64,000 nucleotides of DNA from Vicugna vicugna (Eukaryota), in assembly GCA_013265495.1 (NCBI GenBank), contig MU058570.1, positions 62,001 through 126,000 of the forward strand. Direction: 5' to 3'. The first letter of the stretch is position 1; the number at the start of each line of letters is the position of its first letter. Below the pieces are notes generated by a model. That model saw only the letters and a list, made by a program, of their open reading frames with translations. It did not search any database and was not told the DNA's origin. A program made the position numbers and the translations under genes. Positions 25,555 through 37,297 of the stretch are shown one piece after another.

Positions 25555-27069
25555 CTAGAAAGGAAAACAGACACACTGTTTGCAGTACTAACTATAACTG
25601 GAACATTTCTACTACTCCAAGACGTGCTCAGCACCTTAAAGCAGCCCCCATGTAAACTGAGTTTCCAGTCAAACATTTTATCAAAATATAAGTACTCTTA
25701 CCAAGTCTGTTCATGTAAATACCTACTTCTAAAATACGTCTCTTAAAGAACTGCCAGCAGCTGTTAGATCACATTCTGGTTATGACAACGTCCTCTATCA
25801 AAAAAATCAGATTTTAACTATGCCAAACCTGTCACTAGATTTCCAGAGGTGGGATGATTTTTAAAATCATTAGAGATGCTTCAAACCTCACTTATGGTTA
25901 TTGCAACTGTCAACAGGCCACACGAGATGGTCACTACTTCAGTCACGCACACGCAGGGCAGCCGCCCTCCTCCTACTGGAGCAAACATTGCAGATGCTGT
26001 TCCAGTACAGCCGGGCCATGACAAAGTCAATCCGGAGAAGCATCTCATGGTGCAGGCGACATTTAAAAGGCAATGTTTCCTGACGAAGGAACTCATGAAG
26101 GTTACTTTGTGGATTCTAACTGGGTGGATCCAGTTTCTTCCTTTATTTTAATCTTGGCTGTTAGTGCCCCAAGCTCTCCCCGCTTTCTCCCTCAGCTCTC
26201 TATCCCATCTTTCCGCAGCTCAGATCTGACCCATCTCCAAGTCTCTAACCACCTGCCCCCCTCGGGTGGGTCTGTTCACACCTCTGCTCCTCTGCACCCT
26301 ACTGAATGCCCAGCTCTCGGCTCATCTCAGCCACTTCAGTCTACAATCACCTCCCCCCCTCCTTTATTTGCTCCCCATCAACCATATAAGAGCCTCAGCA
26401 GAAAGGAAAAAGTCTACAGAGGGAACATGCACATGTCATGCGGTGCCCATCCCGGGACATCTTACATCTGTGGGATACTGTCAGGGGCGGTTGGCCATTA
26501 ACAAGTAACACTGCAGAAGGGCTCATGTCCATCTCAGAAGTGCGTGCCAAACACACCTTGTAAAGGTTCCTTTTAATAGTCATCGTAAAGGTTTTAGATG
26601 TTATGATCTACAACATTTAAAAAATTATCAAGACTCACAGAACCAACCAAAACATCTGTATGTACCAAATCTTTCTCCTGAAAGCCTAGCAGCGTGTTGT
26701 ACTGAGAATATGAGGAAGACACCTCCAGTAAGGAACAGAGAGATAAGCAGCTGGAACAGAATATATAAGCTTCTATGAGAATAGAGGAAGAATTAATTCT
26801 GCTTGGAAGGTTCTACAGAGCAGGTGATATGGGACCTGGAACCCGAGAGATGGATCAGATTTTTTCAGGCAGATTGGTGAGAGGGAAGGGAACACCAACC
26901 ATGCTGTGCACAGGGAACTGTAAGATGAACCAACGTGCCCAGGTCACATGATGTCTAGACGGACAGGGGCATGAGATGAGACCGGAGAGGCTCTGTGTCT
27001 GTGATCATAAAAGGTCTTGCACACTGGGATAAGGAATTGGGAACTTATCCTCCAGGTAAAGGTGTTTCA

Positions 27070-27146
27070 CTTTTTTTTTAATTATATACTTAATTATAGT
27101 TGATTTACACTGTTGTGCTAGTGTCTGGTGTACAGCCAGGTGATTC

Positions 27147-27181
<35 letters not shown>

Positions 27182-27320
27182 TAAAAATGTTCTTTTCCAT
27201 TCTGGTTTGTTACAGGATATTGAATATTGTTCCCTGTGCTATACAGTACAACCTCGCTATTTATTTTATATGTAATAGTTTGTTTCTGCTAATCCCAAAC
27301 TCCTAATTTATCCTTTCCTC
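27070..27320 (-). mobile_element. L1 3' end with internal (TA)n
   Basis: Antisense L1 3' UTR (gaatattgttccctgtgctatacagta). (TA)n at ~27148-27176. Confidence 0.8.
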
Positions 27321-27829
27321 ACCAGCTTAAAGGTGTTCCTTTAAGGAACATGTTTTTGATTCATTAACTGTGTGTAGTCATTAATAATTCTTCCCACCCC
27401 CTCTTTAAGAATACTGGTGAAGATTTTGTCATTTCTGCATGTGTGAGAAATAAGAAAATAAGTAAAAATATCTTACTTTATATCACTGACTACTAATAGC
27501 TATCATAATTTTTCAACCTTTTCCTCATTTATTAAGTAATACATGTTAATCAATTTACTTTAAATCATGTAAGAAAAAGGATGATTTGTTGACAAATGTA
27601 TTACCAAATGGCCATACTGTGTGTGGTTTGTGGACCAAATGTTTTAAAATATAGACTGAATATAATCTTATGATTATATATTCATGACCTGAGTTTTGGA
27701 ATTTTTACATTTCATGTATAAAATTTAAGTGGCCTAGTTTAACAATTTTTGTGTTTTGTTTCTAACAAAATGAGATAAAAATGAAAGTTCAGAACATGGT
27801 ATTTAATTCTCTATGTGTCTATGCAGATA

Positions 27830-28600
27830 TTAAACCTAGCTACAAAGATAAAGACATGTTTTCCAGCTGATCCCTGGGAAATCAGCAGCCGTCACGCACA
27901 GGGAGCACCCAGATCCTGGTTTCTAAAAATCATTCCCTACTAGAAAGAACCAGGGCCTCTTGGCAAAATGGCTCCATCCAATGCTGGATAGCAGGGACAG
28001 TCCAGATGGGCCTGGAATACCTTGGTGAACCAGAAAGTGAGAGAGCCCTCAGAGAATGACGGGGACAGAGGAGCCCGCTGGAAGAAATGACAAGATTAGA
28101 GAATTATCATTTGGAACCATTGTCACAATATGAGATTCGGGCAAGAATCATCAATGAATACTAGAGGTAAGGGGTAAAAATGTGGTGAGTAAAAGGATAC
28201 ATACTTTATCATAGCCCTATGTAGCTCCTCAAAAGAAACTAACTGAAAGGAAAGACAGTGGAAAAAACTGGGAGAACCACCTTAATCATATGGTTCAAGT
28301 TAGTATCACTAGTAATAGGCTCAATCAACATCATATGCCTCAGACATGATCCATGGAAAACAACACACGTCACTTTGGGGGTATACCTGCCAAGTATGCA
28401 TAATCTGGCTCTAATTATGGAAGACATTATCAGATAAACTCAAAAAACTCAAACTGAGGGACATTCTACAAAATAACACCACAGTGATAAAAGACAAGAA
28501 AACACTGAGGAACCATTCCAGATTAAAGGAGACTACAGACATTAAAGTTAAGACGTGCAGTTTTGAAGGACACTGACTTGGCCTATGAACAAGAGAAAGT
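27830..28600 (+). mobile_element. Old L1 (L1MC/L1MD-like) 3' UTR
   Basis: gggagcacccagatcctggtttctaaa...aaactgagggacattctacaaaataac...ctgaggaaccattccagattaaaggagact. Confidence 0.7.
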
Positions 28601-31312
28601 GTGAATAAATGCATGACAGGAGTTAAAGCACAATCATAAACTTCCCCAGCGTTGTAGAGAAGTCATCCCAATGCTGCAGTCATCCAACGTGGTACTTCCT
28701 GGACATCAGGGCTGATTCAGAACTTAGACACTGAGAGTGAAGTAAAACTACCTGAATAAACTTCAAGTGGAAAAAATGGGAGCCTGACATTTACTGACAT
28801 GGCAGAAGCTGGCAGAATAGTGTTTCGATGGTTTTTCTAGTCCCATGACACCCTGTTCTCAGTGGGATAGACACTACACATGGGGTAATTTTGTTTAGAT
28901 ACATACGGATCCTGTTGGCTCCTTCCAGACACAAATTCTACCATTAAAATACATTTTGTTATATTATTTGATAATCAGAGAATATATGCAAAATATGGAA
29001 ATACTAAAAGTCACAACACAGAGTAGCATTTCCTACTTTTTTTTTTAGGCTGGTAAATTTTTTAGACTGGCATATAATTAAAAAAACACTTAAAGCGTTA
29101 AATGTTTCATTTTATCCTTTTTATACAGTATAAAATGATTCTGCAGTAAGATACAGCACAATTTGCTGGGAAATTCAAAATTACACGTCCTAAGATGTAG
29201 ACTGAAATGTAATTACCAGGTACAGTGAGAAAATAGATTAAATGGAGCTTTTTATGACCTGATAATTCTTCTGTTGTATCTTTAAAAAAAAACTGATTTA
29301 CTTTCACAATTTCTGTGTTTTATTTCAAAATGGTGCGAGAAGCTCAGCCTGCACTTCTCTGCAGAAACAAAAGCAAAATTACTTGACCGTTCACACTAAA
29401 CAATACTGCTATATTTTTTAACATTACGTTCTGAGATATTAGAAATATCTTAGTATGCTGTCAATAATAAATTTTGCTCAGGTGAATGCAATTTGTAAAT
29501 CAGGTGAAGATCAGTTTGATGTAAATTTGCAGAATCATCATCATTTAATTTAGTATGTGCTCCTTGTGAGGCCTATTCTATAAACTGCAAATAGAATAAA
29601 GATGAGTTAAACAATACAAGTGAAAATAAAGACAAACTGACCAGAATGCCCACGGTGGTGAACAGGTTCTGGCCGAGTTACAGGTACCCTCAATCCGATG
29701 AGGGGGCAGTCACTCCATTCATATGATTTGGAAGCTCTCATATAGTTCAACAATTTTATAATTATTTGCAAAATAATTAAAAATTTAAAAAATTAATAGT
29801 TAAAACAAGAAACCAATACAGGTACCATTCTGGCTTTGATAACACACATTCCTGGAATCCTTACTGGGAAGAACTTAACATGAAACAAAGTGCTGGACCA
29901 ACCTCATCAAGAGGTCCTTCAAACTGGGCAAGGTCCACATTTGGGAAAATGTCCAGACTCGCTGGAAGGGGCTCTGGGCCTATGTGAACACACTGGAACA
30001 GGGAAACCAGGTGAGGCTGTGGAGATAAGAGATGAAATCTCCCAAATTTGTACAACTCTCATTACTGGGCATCGGCACTCGAAGGCACGCTGGTAAAGGC
30101 AACACAGATTTTTCTGCAGCATTTCATCTTCGTGACAATTTACTCAATGTGCCCAAAGAGCAGGATGTATTACTCCTGCCCTTTTCACTGCAGAGCTACC
30201 CTCTCCCATCCTACCCAGCCTGGACTGTCTGCTCTAAAATTATACTCATAAGCTAAACTCAAAACTCCACGAGGTGTGATGATCTGGTTCAGGAAAGTCA
30301 CTAAGACAATAGCAACGCTCAAGAAATCAAATCCAAGGGCCTCTAGTGTAAGAATTAAAAACTAAACAAACAGAAATCTCTAACTGGTAGATTTTAGAAG
30401 ACAGATCTTGAGGAGGAAGATTGAAGGTGATACCAGTCAACTCTTAATCCTCTCCAGCCCAAGAAAAATGCAGGGAAGTAAAAGATATGGACATAGCATT
30501 ATACCAAGAACCAGCCACAACCCCATCCCAGCTCTTCTGTAAGCAACTCTGAATGCTGTCTGTTTCACTTAGGAGAATCCTGTATTAATTTGAAATCATA
30601 GTTTTAAAGCGAATGCAAGATTTCTGTTTTAAACAAGGCTAAAACATGTAATGCTCCACCACTGTTAGTTTTATCTGGCAAAGCTAAGAAAAGAAAGGTT
30701 CTATCTGGCTAATAATGGGTTTGTTTCAATGTCTGACAAGATAGCTACTGACAAGTGGATTTGGATAATGATGGTCAGTGTATTAGAAAGTTAAATTTCC
30801 ACTGATTTCAATTTCTAAAGCTGTTGTCTATTTAATTCATGTTGCTATCCTCTTTAAGGGTGGACAAATCCAAATGAGCTTGTCCTGGTTAACTGTCAAC
30901 ATGAGAACTTGAATTTAAAACAAAGTACACCTCTGGAGGAAATCAAGAATTCATAGTAGCACAACTCATCTCTACACAGAAATTTTCCTTACGACAAAGC
31001 AACTCTTGCTAAAAACAGATGTTTTTTAGTAAAAACTAATGAAATCAACAGAGGTATTATTTTTTAAAAACGGCCCTTTACATCATTGCCAAGTCCCTTC
31101 TACCCCTACCGTCTATATTAAGCTACTTCACATTTCCATTTGAAACCTCAGTTCTCCATCCTCTGCCTCCAGCACTTTGCATCCACACTTACTCAAAAGT
31201 CCTTTAATTCAGTGTAATCAAAATGCTGGATGGGTTTTACGAATCTATGACGCAGAGTAGCAGAAAGAGAGATGACTAAAACATGTGTCCTACTCTTACT
31301 TCACACTCTCTA

Positions 31313-31466
31313 AGGGGGAGGATATAGCTCAGTGGTAGAGTGTGTGCTTAGCATGCACGAGGTCCTGGGTTCAATCCCCAGTACCTCCATTAAAATAAAT
31401 AATAAAAAAATAAATAAAATAAAAACCCAATTAACCTCCCCCTCTAAAAAAAACAAACAAAAAACT
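31313..31466 (+). mobile_element. tRNA-derived SINE (Vic-1-like)
   Basis: Near-consensus copy. TSD CACTCTCTA at 31304-31312 and 31467-31475. Confidence 0.92.
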
Positions 31467-31952
31467 CACTCTCTAGTATAATGTAATATAATATAATGGA
31501 AAAGAGTCTACTTTGATTAGAGACTGAGGAGTTTTACAGGATGAACTACATACAAATAAGGAAACCATAAATACTCAGCTTGGACAAGGAACCTGCTGGG
31601 ACCCCACTTATCCTGGTGAACTGGCTCTTCAGTTTCCACCTGTTTTCATTACTGTGCCAGCTGGCTCAGGCTGAGTTCTGGGTCCTTAGACTCTTTACGA
31701 GGGGTAACTTGGGGAGTAGAATTTTTAAAAGTTAAACAAAACCACCTCCTGCATGTGTTTGGTATCAAAAGTTCAAAAGGCCAAAAAATCAAATACAATT
31801 AGAAGTATTCTGGCAACCTAAAGTAAGAAACATGAAATATCTTTTTTGTAATGGTTACTGGATTAGCTATACTTAATAGCATTACTTTTCCTGGAAAATT
31901 AGACTTTAAACATGACCGCAGTAAGTTTAGTTAAATAAAAACTCTTACATAC

Positions 31953-32205
31953 GTTAGGGTTGTTTCCATTCTCCAGACTTGCTCAAGGTCTTCGTTAGGG
32001 TCCTTGAATCCAGTAAAGGGGTAGTAAGACTTTTCCCATTTGATGGGCCTGTCAGATATCCCTTTGGCCTCTTTGAGAATCTGGGAGTTCACATTATTAT
32101 TCAAGCGTTGGACATGCTCAATAGATAAACTGCAGGAGTTGAGAATATATAATACTGTGTTTAGCAGATCTCAGGTGTGCAAAGTAAATCTGACTGCTCG
32201 AAACC
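31953..32205 (-). pseudogene. TCAIM: TCAIM exon 5 (253 nt) with in-frame TGA at codon 118
   Basis: GFRAVRFTLHT*DLLNTVLYILNSC...WEKSYYPFTGFKDP...METTL. Acceptor tctctag, donor GTATGT. Confidence 0.93.
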
Positions 32206-32822
32206 CTAGAGAATATAATTCGCCCAATTAATACAGAGGATCATTTGCTTTACTTTAAAAACATTTTTAATACAACATTTATAGAATCAAAATCTTTAAA
32301 AACACTCCATTACCGATTAAAATTCACCCTATTGGCAAATCATCTGTAAATGGAAAATTCTGTCCCTTCTCCAAAACTGTACCACACTACCCTAAGCTTC
32401 ATGAAGTCCCTGAAATTGTTAACCCCCTTTTCTAGTTTGGCACCAGTGGCCAAACCCACCCCACCCCACGAGGGGGATTCAGAATATTTTCAATGCTCTT
32501 CATAAATTTGGTCTCTACAGTCTAAGGGATGGACAAGCTTTCCTATGAGCAAGTGTCCCCCAAGACAGTTTCCAGCGCTGAGTGAAGGGGGGAGAGGGAA
32601 AGGGAGTGTGGAGGGAGAGGGAGGCTGTCCTGTGAAAGTGGTTCAGAGGAGAGGGGCCAATTCAGGCTCAGTGGTCACAGAAACTCATTTCAACTTTTCT
32701 CTCTGATTGAGTTTGTCCTCATGCTTCCCCATCCAGCTAGCTAGTGACTCACTATTTTCAGAAGAGACTCAAAATTCCCTAATTTTAAAAAAAGTTAGTG
32801 CCTCACAATCTGATTAAAAAAA

Positions 32823-32983
32823 TTGGGGGTGGGGTGGGGAAGTAATTAGGTATGTGTATATATATATATATATACACATACATATATATATTTATTTATT
32901 TTAATGGAGGTACTGGGGATTGAACCCAGGACCTTGTGCACTCTAAGCATGCTCTCTACCCCTGAGCTATGCCTTCCCTTTCC
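32823..32983 (-). mobile_element. tRNA-derived SINE (Vic-1-like) with internal (TA)n
   Basis: Same core as the other copies. Confidence 0.88.
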
Positions 32984-33139
32984 CAAAAACTGTTTAAATT
33001 GGTTTAAAAAATTATAGAAGTATTATATAAGTATATCCTTATTGCAAAATTATATAAAGTCAAGTCTCCTGTTGGCAGGCACACAACCTCACACTTTCAC
33101 TCAATATAACACTATTAAGTTAGGTACACACGCATTTAG

Positions 33140-33340
33140 ATCTGCACTATCTAAAATCTGATAGCTACTAGCCATATGTGGCTATTTAAAATTAAAGTAA
33201 TTGAAGTTAAATAAAATGTAAAATTCAGCTCCACACTAGCCACACTGCAAATGCTCAACAGCCACATGGGGCTATTGCTGGCTGCGCCAGACGGCGCAGA
33301 TACAGGACATTTATATCATCACAGAGAGTTCTCTAGGATG
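33140..33340. mobile_element. hAT relic (MER3/MER33-like)
   Basis: gctactagccatatgtggctatttaaa...cactagccacactgcaaatgctcaacagccacatggg. Confidence 0.75.
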
Positions 33341-34963
33341 GCCCTGCTCTGCCCTTTTCTGTGCTCTATATGTTTCCTACAACACATAAGCTCATGTATC
33401 TGCATACACCCACACCCTGGTGTCAACTGTTCCTTTTAAGTACATAAATGGTACCCGCCTGGATCCATTACTTTGAACTTTTGTTACTGAGCATTGGCGA
33501 CCCTCCCATGTCTGCATGCATACATCAACCTCTTTCTTTTTAGTAGCTACACACTAATCTATCTAACGAACATAGCATGATTCATTCACTACTTCTGAAA
33601 CTGATGTGCACAGAAGTTGATTTTAATTTTTCACCGTTCCACACAAGGCTGAAATGTGTCTTGTCTTGGCCACTGGTGACAGACATCACAGTCTACACCA
33701 GTCTCAGAGCTACCTACCGTGCTCACCACACAGATTTAAGGAGTCTATGATGCACAAACTGAGAGATTTTTTTAGTTGAATCACTGACAATAAAGTGAGA
33801 AATACTAGTTGGAGAATTATTCTAATTGGTGAAAGAGGAAAGGAAAATTCAAATTCCTGCATTTGATGTTAGGAAGAAATAGTTTATCCTTAGAAGAGCT
33901 AAGTCAAGGAATAAATCTCAGTTTCTATCTTATCAATCCCATTAATTACTGAATCAAATGCAAGGGCTGCAATAAAGTGTGGAATGCCGGTACCAGATTG
34001 CACATGTCTTTATTGGGAAATACTACCTGATTTAGTTTGTATTTGATTACTCAGGTTAAACCTTTTTATATGCTTATTGGCTATTTATGTGTATTATTCC
34101 TGAACTGTCAAGTCACTGTTTGCCCATTTTTGTAACAGAGCTACTGTTTTCTTTTTGACGTCAAAGAACTCTTTATATATTAACATTATCTTGTTGTCAT
34201 ATATGCTGAATGCTTGCTTCCATTTCTAATTTTTTTTATAATCTGTTTTTATTTAATAAATGATTCAAGGTTAACCATCAACTCAAGTATTTTTCTCTTA
34301 GCTGGAGCTGAGAAATTGGTAATCTTTAAATCTTTAAATTGTAAATCTTTAAATTGGTTTAAAGTTCATGCTAAAACTAAAATTATTTCCTCAAGGATCA
34401 CTAAAAGGATGGATGTTTACAGAAATGACAGAGCCATATTTGCCCTTAGTTTTAAATATCACTGAATCATGGCTAAAGCAAGTGACAAAGGACCAAACAG
34501 AAGGCTGTATATTAAGACTGATTGGATTTTAGAAACAGCACGAGGCTGGAGTTAAAAGACCTGGGTTCAAGATCTCTAATCTGGTCCCAGGACATCACTA
34601 AGTTACAAGTGGGCAAATACTACCCATCTCACAGATCCTTTGAGGACTAAATAAAATAAAAAAACATAAGCTATATTTTAAAAAAATATAAACTGTTATC
34701 TACATGTTTAATGCTTAAAAATGAACTGAAATAAGAAGGGGACAAATAGGAACACTTCAGTTTTCTGGTAAAAAGAAAAATTAAACATAAAAAAAAGCTT
34801 GTCAAACACATGCAGCCAGACTTAGAATCTAGTTCTAGGAAAACACTCAATTAAATGATATTATTTTCTACACCCAAGGCTTCAATCCAAAGTTATTCTG
34901 GCACTGTCAGACAGAACGGACACATGAAGCTTGCAAGGGACACACGAGAAATAAGACACGTAC

Positions 34964-35117
34964 CGGAAGTGCTAAAGTGCTCCTGGCCATCGGAGGAATT
35001 CTAGTCTGTTTCTCTTACATAAAACATGAGCTGAGTTGGTTTCAAAGACTTGAACCCTGGCTTCTGGAGGTTTTCTAAGTAGGCACTTAATCTCTTAAGA
35101 GAATTTTCATTGACTTC
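34964..35117 (-). pseudogene. TCAIM: TCAIM exon 4 (154 nt) with in-frame TAG at codon 94
   Basis: EVNENSLKRLSAYLENLQKPGFKSLKPTQLMFYVRETD*NSSDGQEHFSTS. Acceptor tttttttccag, donor GTACGT. Confidence 0.94.
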
Positions 35118-35748
35118 CTGGAAAAAAATATCAAGGGGCATTTACACATAAAATAGAACAAGGACACATCATAAATTCTCTCCTGACATTTTAAACACAT
35201 TATTGAGTGTATTAAAGAATTCAGGATTAAAAAAATGTTGGGATGCCATACGTTCTCAGTGAAAGGTAAAACTGTATTCACATCTGACAAGAGGCGACAG
35301 AATGAATTCCTTAGGAAAATGTGGCCATGAAGTACTAGAAGAAAACACAGGTCTGTACTTTATAACCTATATGTGGAAAAAGCCTAACTATGACCGAATG
35401 TCCCAAAGTAACACATGACTGATAAATCCAATTATATAAAAATTAAAAAAACGTAAAACAGAACACATTATAAAGAGAATGACACACACACACACAAGAA
35501 GCAGTCTACAGAAAAAAACTGGAATAAAATATATGGAAGTTTTTTCATACCAAGGAGCTAATTTCTCTGTATAAAGGTCTTAAAACACACATCCAGAGAC
35601 TGGTTGAATAATGATATATTCTTCTGATGGAGTCTGCACCACCCAAAAACAAAAAAAAAAAGAGGAACAAATATGACACAGATGATATTTAGGAACTGAT
35701 ATGGAGTGATTTCCAGGATATATTGTTAAAAGAAAAAAGAAAAATCCT

Positions 35749-36995
35749 TGGGGGTGGGAGCCAAGATGGCAGAGTAGAGACTCACAACTCACCCTCTCCC
35801 ACAAATACACCAAGAATTACATCTGCAAACCCGCTGAATCGCACGGAACACCTACTGAACTCTGACAGAGTGTCTCTAGTTTCAAAATACAGGAGGACTC
35901 TCACAAAATGCAGTTAAGAAAAAAAAAAAGGAAAGAGAAAAAATTGGTGCAGAAATGGTCCTGCAGGGAGTTTGCAAAAGATGAGACTGATGAGAGCTTA
36001 ATCTCCAGAATATATAAACAGCTCATACAACTGAATAAGAAATAAAACACACAACCCAATCCAAAAATGGGCAGAAGACCTACAAACAAGCAATACTCCA
36101 ATGAAAACATATGAATGGCCAGTAGGCACATGAAAAAATGCTCAATGTTGCTAATTATCAGAGAAATGCAAATCAAAACTACACTGAGGTATCTCCTCAC
36201 ACCGGTCACAACAGCCATCATTCAAAAGTCCACAAATGATAAATGCTGGAGAGGGTGTGCAGAAAAGGGACCCCTCCTGCACTGTTGGTGGGAATGTAGT
36301 TTGGTGCAGCCGCCATGGAAAACAGTATGGAGATTCCCCAAAAAACTAAAAATACACTATCATAAAATCCAGCAATCTCACTAGTGATCATATATCCAGA
36401 GGGAACCTTAATTCAAGAAGACACATGCACCCCAATGTTCAAAGCAGCACTATTTACCATAGCCAAGACATGGAAACAACCTAAATGTCCACTGACAGAT
36501 GACTGGATAAAGAAGCTGTGGTATATTTATACAACGGAACACTACTCAGCCATAAAAAATAATGCCATGTGCAGCAACATGGATGTACTGGGAGCATGTC
36601 ATTCTAAGTGAAGCAAGCCAGAAGAGAAAGAAAAATACCACACACCACTTACATGTGGAATCTAAAAAAAAACAATCAACGAACTGATTTACAAAACAGA
36701 AACAGACTGAGAGACACAGAAAACAAACTTATGGATACCAGGAGAGGAAGGGGGTGGGAAGGGATAAATTGGGAGTTCTAGATTTGCAGATACTAACTAC
36801 TATATATAAAATAGATAAACAATAAGTTCATACTGTATAGCACAGGGAACTATATTCTGTACCTTGTAGTAACCTACAATGAAAAAGAATATGAAAAGGA
36901 ATATATGTATGTATATGTATGACTGAACTATTATGCAGTACACCACAAACAGACACAACACTGTAAACTGACTATACTTCAATTAAAAAAAAAAC
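35749..36995 (+). mobile_element. Bipartite L1: ~220 bp putative 5' UTR start joined to ORF2 C-terminus, 3' UTR and poly(A)
   Basis: Begins GGGGGTGGGAGCCAAGATGGCAGAGTAG, typical of an L1 5' terminus. From ~35966 it matches 20700 onward in the young L1. Confidence 0.75.
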
Positions 36996-37161
36996 AAGTC
37001 TTAGTTTTAATTTTCGTATCTACAGTTCAAAGCACTGATCACACCACCATGACAATCAATGCAGATTTACAGAACTCTTCGTTGTATGCTAGATCGAAGG
37101 TAAATAACCTAAACAGACATACACTGAACATTAGTAAATTAATAAATAAATAAATGTTTAC

Positions 37162-37297
37162 CCTTTCCTGGGGCTGCTGTCCAAAGAAATCTGGATGCAC
37201 AGCAAAACAGAAAGGCCTTAAGGCGTTGACTGCTTCAGCTCCCGCCAAGGCTCTCGAGTAGAGAAACCAGTATGGAAATATTTTCCCCAGACAGAAC
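37162..37297 (-). pseudogene. TCAIM: TCAIM exon 3 (136 nt; HPD motif at 37189-37197)
   Basis: RFCLGKIFPYWFLYSRALAGAEAVNALRPFCFAVHPDFFGQQPQER. Acceptor ctttttaaaag, donor GTAAAC. Confidence 0.94.

Noticed and set aside
25876..26151. Processed pseudogene or extra exon in TCAIM intron 5
   Set aside because: No recognisable protein, poly(A) or TSD, and exons 5 and 6 already join in phase.
31313..31390. tRNA gene calls for GGGGAGG.TATAGCTCAGTGGTAGAG...GGTTCAATCCCC copies
   Set aside because: These are SINE heads: multiple diverged copies with a shared tail, A-rich ends and TSDs.
32171..32173. TGA as selenocysteine or stop read-through
   Set aside because: TCAIM is not a known selenoprotein, an upstream TAG already ends the frame, and the 3' exons are not found.
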